Source: the human T2T-CHM13v2.0 reference genome, Homo sapiens. From it: 64,000 bases of DNA. The stretch's first letter is position 1, and every line of letters begins with the position of its first letter. The translations under genes were made by a program, and so were the position numbers. The stretch is from the NCBI RefSeq assembly GCF_009914755.1, contig NC_060935.1; one strand, 5' to 3'. The notes beneath the pieces were generated by a model. The model was not told the origin of the DNA. It did not search any database and saw nothing but the letters and a program-made list of their open reading frames with translations. This document shows, piece after piece, positions 1 through 12,039 of the stretch.

Positions 1-588
1 ACACACCAATCAGTGCTCTGAGTCTAGTTAAAGGTTTGTAAATGCATCAATCAGCACTCGGTAAAAACACACCAATCAGCGCTCTATGTCTAGCTAAAGG
101 TTTGTAAACGCACCAATCAGCACTCTGTAAAAACGCACCAATCAGCACTCTGTAAAATGGACCAATCAGCACTCTGTAAAATGGACCCATCAGCAGGATG
201 TGGGTGGGGCCAAATAAGGGAATAAAAGCTAGCCACCTGAGCCAGGAGGGGCAGCCAGCAGTGGCAACCAGCTGGGGTCTCCTTCCATGCTGTGGAAGCT
301 TTGTTCTTTTGCTCTTCACAATAAATCTTGCTGCTGCTCATTCTTTGGGTCCACACCACCTTTAAGAGCTGTGCCACTCACTGGGAAGGTCTGCAGCTTC
401 ATTCCTGAAGTCAGCGAGACCACAAACCTACCAGAAGGAAGAAACTCTGGACACATCTGAACATCTGAAGGAACAAACTCTGGACACACCACCTTTAAGA
501 GCTGTAACACTCACCATGAGGGTCTGTGGTTTCATTCTTGAAGTCAGCAAGACCAAGAACCCACTGGAAGGAACTAATTCTGGAGATA
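1..588 (+). mobile_element. LTR12-family (ERV9) LTR, cut by the window edge
   Basis: Tandem CCAATCAGC(A/G)CTCT units, AATAAAAGC, GAAGGAAGAAACTCTGGACAC repeats. Confidence 0.9.
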
Positions 589-800
589 CCTGGACACAGG
601 GTGGGGAATATCACACATCGGTTCCTGTCGTGGGGTCGGGGGAGAGGGGAGGGATAGCATTAGGAGAAATATCTAATGTTAAATGACGAGTTAATGGGTG
701 CAGCACACCAACATGGCATTGTATACATATGTAACAAACCTGCATGTTGTGCACATGTACCCTAGAACTTAAAGTATAATTAAAAAAAAATAAGAAAAAA
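589..800 (+). mobile_element. L1PA (PA5/6-like) 3' end with A-tail
   Basis: GGGAGGGATAGCATTAGGAGAAAT...CCTAGAACTTAAAGTATAAT-A(n). Confidence 0.9.
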
Positions 801-1320
801 ACAAAGTGAAAGGTAAAACTCTAAAGCAGATGTAAGAGGTAACTTTGTGGCCTAGGGCTGGGGAAATACTTCTTCAACAAGACTCCTGAAAAATACAAAC
901 AATAAAGTGAAAAATTGATATATCTGAGTTCATCGAAATTAACTATAAAGACGGCAGCTGTGGTGCTGGTGGCGACGCAGTTGCTGCAGGGATCGGGTTC
1001 TCGGGGCTGCCCGCGGCTAAGGTGAGCCACAGGTGAGCCAGGCCTTGGCCTGGGACTGGGGCAGCTGGAGTCTTTCCAGAGGCTCTATCTTTGGGTTCTG
1101 CAGGCTCATGTCCTCAGGCAGGCTCACCCCTGGAGACACCAGCCTCATCCCAGAGGCGATGGGGGTGCTTCCCAGCTTTGCATCTCCACCCCTGGCTCAC
1201 AGTCCCATTTGTCTCTCCTCTCCTCCTTGGCTACTGGGTACTATCCTGCCCTCACCTCTTCAGCAGAGGCCATGTCTCATCTCTCTGCCTCTGCCCCACT
1301 CTCCTTTGGCATTTTTCCCT

Positions 1321-2173
1321 TGTGTCCAGAATTTGTGGGTTCTTGGTCTCACTGACTTCAAGAATGAAGCCGGGGACCCTTGTGGTGAGTGCTACAGTTC
1401 TTAAAGTTGGTGTGTCCGGAGTTTGTTCCTTCAGATGTTCAGATGTGTCTGGAGTTTCTTCCTTCCGGTGGGTTTGTGGTCTCACTGACTTCAAGAGTGA
1501 AGCCGCGGACCCTCGTGGTGAGTGTTACAGCTCTTAAAAGCAGTGCATCTGGATTTGTTCATTCCTTCCAGTGGGTTCGTGGTGTCACTGGCTTCAGGAG
1601 TGAAGCTGCAGACCTTCATGGTGAGTGTTACAGCTCATAAAGTTAGTGCGGACCCAAAGAGTGAGCAGCAGCAAGATTTATTGCAAAGAGCGAAAGAACC
1701 AAGCTTTCATAGCATGGAAGGGGACCCGAATGGGTTGCCGCTGCTGGCTCGGGTGGCCTGCTTATATTCCCTTATCTGGCCCCACCCAAATCCTACTGAT
1801 TGGTACATTTTACAGAGAGCTGGTCCATTTTACAGAGAGCTGATTGGTCCGTTTTGACAGGGTGCTGATTGGTGCGTTTACAAACCTCTAGCTAGACACA
1901 GAGTGCTGATTGGTGCGTTTACAATCCTTTAGCTAGACACAAAAGTTCTCCAAGTCCCCACCCGACCCAGAAGCCGGCTGGTTTCACCTCTCAATGGCTC
2001 CAGCCGCTGTCTCTCCCTGCACACCTCCTCGCCAGCAGAGGGAGCCCGCTCCAGCCTTGGCAAGCCCCAGAGAGGGGCCGCCACAGTGCAGCCGCGGGCT
2101 GAAGGGCTCCTCAAGCACGGCCAGACTGGAGGCGGAGAGCGAGTGAGGGCTGCTAGTACATTGTCACCTCTCA
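1321..2173 (-). mobile_element. LTR12 (ERV9) solo LTR with 4-bp TSD CCCT
   Basis: TG...CA termini (minus strand TGAGAGGTGAC...GGACACA); CCCT at 1317-1320 and 2174-2177. Confidence 0.92.
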
Positions 2174-2234
2174 CCCTCAGAAGGCTGAGCTGGTGGGGGC
2201 TGAGTTCTGTTACGTGTGACAGCAACGTCTAGGC

Positions 2235-2466
2235 CAAGCTTGTCCAACTTGCGGCCCACCAGCTGCATACAACTCTGGACGGCTTTGAATGCAGCCCAAC
2301 ACAAATTCGTAAACTTTCTTAAAACATAGTGCGTTTTTTTTGTTTTTTTTTTTTTGTTTTTTTAAGCTCATCAGCTATCATTAACGTCAGTGTATTTTAC
2401 GTGTGGCCAAAGGCAATTCTTCCATTGTGGCCCAGGGAAACCAAACTGAAAGATTGGACGCTCCTG
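2235..2466 (-). mobile_element. MER30 (hAT-Charlie MITE) with 8-bp TSD GTCTAGGC
   Basis: Ends CAAGCTTGTCCAA...TTGGACGCTCCTG; identical TSD at 2227-2234 and 2467-2474. Confidence 0.88.
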
Positions 2467-4322
2467 GTCTAGGCTCTCGATTGCTGAACTCGTTTCCTCT
2501 CAGCTGTTGATTCCCGACATTTGAGGACTTTTTCTGTCCCCTCTGCTCTTCCTGCCCAAGAGGCAATATCTGCCTTTCCCCACAAGGGTGCGTTCATTCA
2601 GGCAACAGGTATGTATTACCCTTCACTACATAATGAGCACTACTTCAGGGGTATGGAGGTGACCAGAGAGAGTTGCTGCCCACAGGAAATGGAGACAGAC
2701 AATAGTGTGAACAAAATATTGCCAATCATGAAAATGGTTTGAAGTAAATAAGCAGAGTTTAGTGGCAGAAAATAGTAGGAAAGCCTAGACAGACTGAGTG
2801 ATAGCCCCTCATCAAGGTGACATTTAAGCCAAGAGATGAAGAATGAAAGAAGGGGAGGCCACATGAAAAAGGCAAGCCCTGGAATAGTGAGAACAGAAGC
2901 TTTGGAGGTGATGAGCCCGGTGTGTTCTGGGAATTGATGAAAGAGTCGGAGTGACTGGGACCCGTAGGGGTGGGAGGTTCAGGAAATGAGTGTGGAGAAA
3001 GAGACACAAGGCCTTCAAAGCAGATTAATAAGGGGTGTGGCTTCCACCTAGACTTCAGTGACACTGCTAAATGGCAGAGCTGTTCTAAGTGTTTTATCTG
3101 TATGAACTGTGCTTCAGTGAGTTTTGGTTGTAAGCCCTGTTTTACAGAGATGGCAATTAATTAATTAAGACCCAACGTACTGAATCAGCTTGCCTCAGGG
3201 TCCCTTGGCTGAGCCAGGATCACTCCTCTATGTTGTCTTTCAAGATATGTAGAAAGAAATCCTTTAGAAAGGCAAATGTCGATTTCTAATGCAGACAAAA
3301 CATAACTAACTGCACTAAGTGGTCATCATAGGCTCAGTTGTCTCAATTTTGTGGTACTGGGTCAGTTTCTCTGTTTTAGGTTTGGATTCCCTGCATACAG
3401 ACACTTTAGAAGTGATGGCACCTCTCCCAACATCCCCATGCCCCACTTCTGTCTTACCTGGAGTACCTAAGCTTGTTTTTCCTACAGTCAATGGACAGGC
3501 AAAGTTTGAAACCAAAGTTACTATGTTGGATAATGGGCTTTGTGTGGCATCTTAAAATAAGTTTGGAAGCTTTTATATGGCAGGAAGTAAATACTTTTGC
3601 TAATATTGTGGGTGGTCTCCTTGTTTTAACATGTACATGCTTTAGCTGACTCTCAGTTGCAATTAACATGTCAATTATGAATTGTACTCTGAGTAGATGT
3701 ATGCTAGAAAATCCAAAAACTTAGTAACCAAAATATCAACAGTGGTCATTTTTGTTGGTGGCATTTAGGATGGGTTCCCTCTTCCCCCCACTTTTAAAAA
3801 TCCTTTCTGTAATTCTAAAAGTTTTCTACCACAGACATGAAGTGTATGGCTTCATAAATGTTGACCTACGTATATACCTGTGAAGCCACCATTACAATGA
3901 AGATAATGAGTATATCCGTCACCCTCATATAATTAAATCTGGTTATTAAGTCATTGACAATTTTAAAAGGTATCTCTTGACTAAATCTTATTTTGAACAT
4001 CTGATTTAACCTGCGAATTTTCTTTATATTACTAGTTCTTATTAATTCAGGATCAAGATACAAAGCAAAATATCATGGTGAAATTGCGCACTCTTTGGAA
4101 AGTTGGCATTTTCAGTCAGTTGTCTAATTTGTAGTTTTTGAGACAATACTATAGAAAGATGTTTCAAGTTTTTCTTTTTTAGAATGGTTATTTTAATACA
4201 TTATTAAGTTGCTAAGTTAATGCTAATAAAAGACCTTTAAGTTTTAAAAAAAAGCATAGAAAGAGTTAGCAAATACATGACACACTGGGAGAAAATATTT
4301 GTGGCATTTAAAACCAACACGG

Positions 4323-4698
<376 letters not shown>

Positions 4699-5061
4699 CT
4701 AATAGAAAAATGGCAAAGGATATAAATAAGCAGTTCACACTCAAATGACCAACATGTAGAGATAATACCAATCTCACTAATAATCAGAGGTACACAAATT
4801 AAACCAATGAGCTACCACCTGACGTCAATATGGCAAAACTTTTTATAAAGGCATATCATTCCAAACTGGAGGTGGAAATAAGGAAACAGGAATGCTTAGC
4901 CTACTGGAAGGAGTATAAACTGTGCTTGTGAAACTCATTTATGTCTGTCTTATGATTCTACTTCTGGATAACGATCCCAAAGAAATTCTCACACAGTTCC
5001 ATAAGAGGACATATTCAAGAATACTCACCGTGCCATTTCTCTACCAGGGAGTCAGAGACAC

Positions 5062-5575
5062 TGTCCACTCCACCTTCTAGTGTGTATTCCTCTATTACAT
5101 AGGTTGGCAAGTTAAAAACTACATTTTCCAGACACCTCTGCAGCTAAGGTTCAGCAAATCATATGCATTCTTGTGAGAAAGGGAAGGCAGAAGTAAGGTA
5201 ATCTGCCACTTCTCCCTTTCTGCTGGCAAGCATTGTTGTGGACCGGTTTGATTTTACTGTACTAGTGTTAGCAAACGTTACAATGACAAGGCACTGACAG
5301 ATGTCAATAGGCAGAATGCTGGACATCCGTTTTGCTGGGGTGGATGGTAGAGGTGTAGTGTGTTTCTGGAACAGCAGCTGCCTCCTGATCAGGGCAGTCT
5401 CAGGATAATAGTCAAGGCAGCTACTGCTATTAGAAGAGAGAATCGCTCCCTCAGTGACTTTGAGTCTTTCCTAGATTGTTTCCTTCAGCATTCTCTATGA
5501 TTCTGTAATGCATCCCTTTCTATTTAAAGTTAATTTTCTTTGCATTTAAACTACAGTTTGATTGATTCCACCAGA
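5062..5575 (+). mobile_element. LTR33-like (ERVL) LTR
   Basis: aaaaactacattttccagacacctctgcagctaagg motif; boundaries approximate. Confidence 0.6.
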
Positions 5576-5649
5576 ATGCAAGAAATTTGTTAATATTCTT
5601 CTGTTCTACATTTTACAAAGTTCACTTACCGTTAAACTTCCATCTCAAT

Positions 5650-6445
5650 TGTTCATTCTATCAGGCAAGTCTACTCTCTCTGTATCTCACAGTATTTTGT
5701 ATTTGTATTGTAATTACTTGCTTACCTATCTGTCTTTCTCCATTAGAAAATGAACTCTTTGAGGCCAGAGATGGAATCTTATTCATTTTTGTAATCCTGG
5801 CTCTTAGCATTACAGCCATCTTCCCTCCCAACTAAGGGCCTTTGCATATGCTATACCACCTGCCTGGGAAACCCTCCTACTTCTTTTCATCTAGTTAACT
5901 CTTAGTCATGTTTCTTATTCAGCTGGATCATCTTGAGATTGAACTATACTGTTCAGTATAGTAGTCACTAACTGTATGTGGCTATTTCCATTTTTTATTT
6001 TATAATTTTATTTAAATTAATTTTAAATTAAATTTAAAATTTAAAATCATTCAAATTGACGAAGGGATTGAAAATAAAAATAAGTAAATAAAAATCAATC
6101 ATCAGTCACACTACCCACATTTTACATAAATGAACATGTGGCTACCATATTGGACAGCACAGAATACAGAACATTTCTGTCATCACAGAAAGTTCTGTTG
6201 GACAGCACTGATCTAAGTACATTAGGGCTCTGTATTTTACACTCCAATATTTTGTGCTGTGCTTACATAGCACTTATCAAACTAAATTATGAATTAATAA
6301 TATCTGTCTTCTCTGTTAAATCTTAGGCCGCATGTAGACAGAAACCATGTCTGTTTTGTTTGCCATTGTATGCCAGTGCCTAAGACAGTACACGACAAAC
6401 AATAAACACTAAATAGATATTTGTCAAATGACAAATGAATGAATG
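5650..6445. mobile_element. L2 fragments interrupted by MER3-like hAT element (~5945-6210)
   Basis: L2 3' motifs and tgaatgaatgaa tail; MER3 end cagaaagttctgttggacagcactg. Confidence 0.6.
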
Positions 6446-6812
6446 AAATTATCTTCTAATAGATACAAACATTCTATTTCTTGCAATTTTGCGTCCAGAT
6501 TAGAACTATGATTAGTGGGTTTTTATGTAGGGGCAAATACTTTTTCAAGTTTCGGACCCCTTTATGCCCCCTTTTTTTGCTGAGCATTTTATTTCCTTTC
6601 CTGAAACCAAAAGGACAACAGTATTGAGCTAGTGAAGATTTGGAAACCTAATACTTTGGTAATACTAAAACATTGATGTTCAAAATATCCAAATGTGAAA
6701 CACATGACTAAAAAAATACTTTGTATTGTTCTACCTAGTCATGATCAATGTAAACATGTGGGTATCAGTGATAACCAAAAAGATATACTTGCAATGAGTG
6801 AGAAATACTTCA

Positions 6813-6889
6813 TTTATTTAGACTTATGATCATTACATTTTTGTTTTACATTTTAAGGTAGAAGAGAGGTTTAAAAGTGCAATTTTATT
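6813..6889 (-). terminator. PTH: PTH polyadenylation signals (AATAAA at 6889-6884 and 6818-6813)
   Basis: Two AATAAA hexamers on the minus strand at the end of the 3'UTR. Confidence 0.85.
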
Positions 6890-6909
6890 CTTTTATAAAT
6901 TATGCAATA

Positions 6910-6935
6910 ACATACTTTAAAAAGAATAAACAATA
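6910..6935 (-). promoter_or_regulatory. PTH: PTH 3'UTR 26-nt AU-rich stability element (AUF1/KSRP-regulated)
   Basis: Minus strand reads TATTGTTTATTCTTTTTAAAGTATGT, matching the recalled conserved element. Confidence 0.75.
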
Positions 6936-7145
6936 GAAAAGATAATTAAAATAACTCAAATGAATAAAAGTGGAATCAGAATAATCAATTAAAATTGCAG
7001 TTATCATGGCTAGTGATGGATTACATGTAGTTTGTTATATCAGAAATATTGGCACTTGGAAATCTTAATAGAGCTTTGAATTAGCAGCATGTATTGTTGC
7101 CCTACACTGTCTAGAGCAGAACTCTGACAATATCTGTTTTCATTT

Positions 7146-7442
<297 letters not shown>

Positions 7443-7509
7443 TTAGCTCCCCACTTCGAAATGATAAAGTCAACATTAAAAATCCAATTCCAAGGCAAAA
7501 CAGTACTTA

Positions 7510-7629
<120 letters not shown>

Positions 7630-7823
7630 TTAAAATATTTTTAATATTCCAAACTATAGTACACAGAATGCAATACTAACTAATTGGGTTGGTTTTCATG
7701 AGAAGCTTTTGGAATCAACCTCTTTATTTTATGGATACATTAGTATACATTATATATACACATAATTTAACTTATAAATTAGTTTTATGCTCCTAACTAT
7801 CTTTTGGAGATTTCTTGTGCAAG

Positions 7824-7861
7824 TTTTATTTATTTATTTATTTATTTTTATTTATTTTTTT
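7824..7861 (-). repeat. (AAAT)n microsatellite / decayed poly(A) in PTH intron 1
   Basis: (TTTA)n run on the plus strand. Confidence 0.9.
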
Positions 7862-9380
7862 AGAATGCAATTTTTTATTGTTTTCTAAATCTATTTGTAC
7901 ACTTAATATGCTAGTATTAATTTCACAAACAGTATAAAGAATGTACTCCAATGATATTAAGCGGCAACTACTCACCTGAAAAAGAAAACATTGTCTCTGA
8001 AATAATTCCTAATTATACAATTTTGCAAACTAATAAGCACTATAAATATTAAAATGTTAAGACTTCAATGTATAATGTCAATAACATCCTGCCTTTTTAA
8101 AATTGCTTAAAACATTTGTTAAAGATCATGCAAAATAAACACTGTATTAAAATGCTAGATTACACTCAAACATCAAGGCAATGAAACACAAAAGAGCAAC
8201 TATTTAGCACAATGACTGGCCAAGTAAATAACTTAATCAGCATATTAATAAAAATCCACTGAGTGATAAACATCAAAAATGTAACACTGAATCTAGATAA
8301 TCACGCATCTGCGATCTCACCATCTACCGTCCTAACTGTGACTTGGGGTAAACTGCCAGAATTCATTCTGCATAAATGAGCTATGTTAAAATGTTAGCAA
8401 CATTTCATTGCATGATGACAGAGTACATTTCTAGTCCACACAGTACTTCAACGTGATCATTCTCTTAACTCAGCTAATAACTAATGGAAAGTACAGTTTT
8501 ACAGTCATACCACTTATGTATATACATATATTTTACCCTTGCTTTGTTACATGTTTTTAAATTTTTTTTAAAAAAGTATTTCCTTTCTTATGATCCTCCC
8601 CCAGAATTAACATGCTGACTTAGGAAAAGACGAAGTAGATAAAGTCTATCCTAGTATAGAGAGCAATGGTTTACTTTTACCTAATTAAATATTTCCTTGT
8701 CATTTATCAATTGTCACTGACCTTTTTTATGTAATTATTTCCTCATTCACTCATCTATAAATATTTATTAGTGCCTGTTGTTACCCATGTCTCCTTGATT
8801 TTCCAGAAAAATAATTCATGTTTTTTTTTTCTTCTCATTGCTAAGCTCACTTAGAAAAATTAGGCACCATTTAAAAGACTTGGAGAACAGACCAGCGTGG
8901 CTTCTTGGGCACAGCTGGATGGTGCTGGAAGCCAGGCCTGGGATTTGGAGAGAAGAGTCTCCAACAGATAAACCCACGGAGGTCACCAGCCCTCCCTGCA
9001 TCTACTCTCCTAACAGCTCAGGATGGCCCTGTTACACTACTGCCAGCCCTGGTGACTCGCTTTCTTAGCAATTTTTAAAGCCCTCTTCATTATGTACTTC
9101 CTACTTAAAATTCAGAACCTCTGTGATAAGCAATGCCTCTGTCATACAGAATGCTGGATCTCAGTTTACTGAGCCTCTCCCTGTAGTGTCACAGGCTGTG
9201 CACTCACCTAGATGAGCCCCTAAGAGCAGGGTTTGCTTCTGCTTCATCTAATGCCACATCTTCCCTCAAATGTGTGGTCACCAAATGTTCTGCAAAAAGG
9301 GTCTCTAGCTTTTTACTTTTCTTTTTGGCAAATTAAGCCCTTTAAAATACTTCTGACCTATCTTTATACTCAGATCTCAC
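7824..9380 (-). pseudogene. Probable retrocopied mRNA 3'UTR fragment in PTH intron 1 (parent uncertain, tentatively NUS1)
   Basis: Minus strand: long sequence not matching a known repeat, then AATAAA (7879-7874), 12 nt, and an A-rich tail (7861-7824). Far boundary uncertain (~9380-9650). Confidence 0.6.
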
Positions 9381-10647
9381 CTCGTCTCAAGTTTTATGGG
9401 GTAATGCGCCAGTGAAAGGTACAGTGGTATTAGTGAGTTCTGAAGCTTCTAATTACATAGACAATAGAGGCTGGCTGGTGAGCCATGCTTCTCATGCTCC
9501 CTTCTGTCACACTGCAGAAATCTTAAGCTACAAGAGGAATGAAAGAGCCTATTTTTGAGAAATCCCCCCGCACTGCATTTTATGTTGATTATACCTAAAT
9601 GTTTATAACTTGCTTGAAAATGCCTAATTTTCTTCATAGTGTAAATTGTTAACACTATTTACGTAGCAAATCCTTTTCTTAAGTAACCTTCATTTCAGGC
9701 ATTGTAATAACCATAAATACCAAACTAATAGGTGCTAATCTAGAGATTTTCACTAAATTAATTCACATTTCTCCTAGCATTAAAAATAATGTGTCAAAGC
9801 ATTTAAAAATCATCTGATTAATTACTTGTGATATGGATTTCGAGCTTTATCTCTGAATGGAATGCTTGTTTGTAGCTTATTTCTTCAACTTATTTTATTA
9901 ACAATTATCTTTTAATATAACTTTTGTCTCTTTCCTCGTTTCACATCAGTATAGGATATTCTTGCCTTAATCTGCATTTCAGTACTTGCAAAGGCTGTTA
10001 TTATAGAAGTGCTTTTCCTTAATGCTCAGTGTACTACCTTTTAACATACACATAGAGTAGTTATGTACTCCTATTTTACAGGGAAACTGCATCATTTAGA
10101 AATAGCATAGGAAATACTGTTTTCAGAATACAGCTGTCATTTATGTAAAGGAAATAAATATTTACTAGTCAAACTGGGCTTATCCAACTTTAGTATACAG
10201 ATTGGGCTCTTTATGAGCCATAAAATAAATAATCTAGATAAGAATACTCTGCAGGAAAAACAGAATATTAACTCCACTTAATAAATTTATAAAGATTATT
10301 TAAATCAGAACTATTCATTCACCATCAACCTGTTTTATTTCAAAATTTTGACACCGATACTATTATATTAAAGCATAGCATGCCAAATTTTAATGATTTT
10401 TTGTTGTAATTTCAGATGAGGTTTTAAAAGGCAAGGTATCTCAGAAGACTTTAATCAAAAAGGATTTTGTGATTTGAGTAGCATTAATTTATTTTGTATG
10501 TGGCATTTTATATTAAACATAACTCAAACTTCTTAGCATTTTACCTTGAAGAAACAACATGGTATTTGTAGAAATGGTACACATTAAATAATAGCTTGAT
10601 TATCAAAATCTCATGAGATTCAGAAGTGAATTTTTAAGTTTACTTAC

Positions 10648-10733
10648 CATACAATGTCTTAGAACAAGATCTTCGTTCAGGTATGTTAGTAGCTGATGCT
10701 GAGTAAACTAAAGACAACTGATGAATTGGACTG
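10648..10733 (-). other. PTH: PTH non-coding exon 1 (5'UTR)
   Basis: Ends ...GACATTGTATG|GTAAGT; lies ~20-30 nt downstream of the TATA box; 5' end approximate. Confidence 0.9.
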
Positions 10734-10753
10734 CAGACCCCTTAAATGGTGAC

Positions 10754-10907
10754 TTTTATATATAGGTCTTCTGCTTACCAAGAGAGGCTCTTTTATTGTT
10801 ACAGATGATGTCACTCCCAATTCTCTGGATCTCAACTATAGGTTCAAAGCAGCACATACACACACCCATTGGGCGGTGCACACTCTTCTTAAGTTTCAGA
10901 TAATTGG
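10754..10907 (-). promoter_or_regulatory. PTH: PTH proximal promoter: TATA (10754-10764), CRE-like TGACATCA (10806-10813), nVDRE half-site AGGTTCA (10840-10846), CCAAT/GC box (10868-10876), GATA + second CCAAT (10898-10907)
   Basis: Motifs read directly from the sequence; positions fit the known vitamin-D-repression and Sp1/NF-Y elements of the human PTH promoter. Confidence 0.85.
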
Positions 10908-11354
10908 ATACTAAAAGGAAAACAGCATTTGGCTTGACAAGGGGCTTATGCAAAGACTTTTAACAAATACAGAATTATACCATCGAGAAAAATTCTATGT
11001 GGATTAATGAATCTGAATTTATACTGTAAAAAGACTGATTTCAAAGGTTTATGATAAAGTCATTATCTTACTTGAAAATAAAATCCAAAAATAAGTGTAT
11101 TTGTTATAACCGTACTGTTGGTACAGTTTTTATGGTAATAAATCATAAATGTTAGGCTTACTTTACAAGCCATTTTCAACCAATCCATGTCACTTCTGGT
11201 CATCTTTCAAAAAACAGATATAGCCCTTTTCTTAAAGGAAGTGTTAAGAATAATTTGAGAAAATGCTCTTAGTACATAATTACTTTAAAAGCTTCAAAAG
11301 TGAAATTATTTTAAAATTTATTTAACTTATATTTTATTTGTGCATCTTAATCTA

Positions 11355-11555
11355 TAATAATAACATTTGATAAGCACTAACTGCATGCCTAACTACATAT
11401 ATTATCCCACTAGATCTTCACAGCAGTCCTTTAAAGTTAGTACTTAAAGTACTAAAGTTAAGTGCTTATCCCCATTTTTACATGAGGAAACTTAGGCTTG
11501 GAAAGCAGAAAAGATGGAATTCAACAAAGGTCTTTATGACACCAGATTCTTACTA
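11355..11555 (-). mobile_element. MIR
   Basis: cccatttttacatgaggaaacttaggc core. Confidence 0.65.
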
Positions 11556-12039
11556 CCTCAGTTTCTGCCTAGAAATACAGCCCTTCTTTGAACTCCAGTC
11601 TTCTTGACTTTAATTTGCAAAGTCATCTGAAAACACAGCAAAAGCTCTTTGCAACATTTTCCCCTAGGGGTTAGGTCTTTATTCTCATGTTCCCTAAGGG
11701 ATGATGAGAGCCTGCTCCAAAACCTATTGGAGGCATGATGCTGCCACATGTCTGACTTCAAATATTCCTCCAGCAATATTTGCCTGGTCCACCTGTCAAA
11801 ACACCCTGAATGTCTTTGATATATCTAGGACTCCTTTAGACAGCTTTGCCTTCCCACCAAAGATCCGGTGCCAGAGTGGGATCAGTTCTCTCAGCTCTGG
11901 TCCCATCCTGGCTTCATGTCATCCTTTTTCCTACTAGCCATTGTCAAGGTTTGACTCTACCTTAGGTAAGAGCCAGTACAAATTTGAATAGTAACCGTAT
12001 GGAGTTTATAATGAGAGATATATACTAGTCCTGTCCTAG

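Larger units (their letters stand above)
951..4253 (+). pseudogene. Partial intron-containing PMPCA (mitochondrial processing peptidase alpha) pseudogene: exon 1 951-1021, exon 2 3380-3586, exon 3 4036-4114
   Basis: Exons translate TAAVVLVATQLLQGSGSRGCPRLR / [46 protein letters not shown] / [26 protein letters not shown], versus recalled PMPCA [100 protein letters not shown]/AG sites are retained. Disablements: ATG>ACG, +4 frameshift, TAA at 3553, -1 frameshift. Confidence 0.9.

Noticed and set aside
47-2225. Cluster of overlapping ORFs with mutually similar peptides
   Set aside because: Translations of LTR12 internal tandem repeats
3319-3555. 78-aa ORF as a novel microprotein
   Set aside because: Partly intron, partly frameshifted PMPCA pseudo-exon 2; non-ATG start and ends at a nonsense mutation
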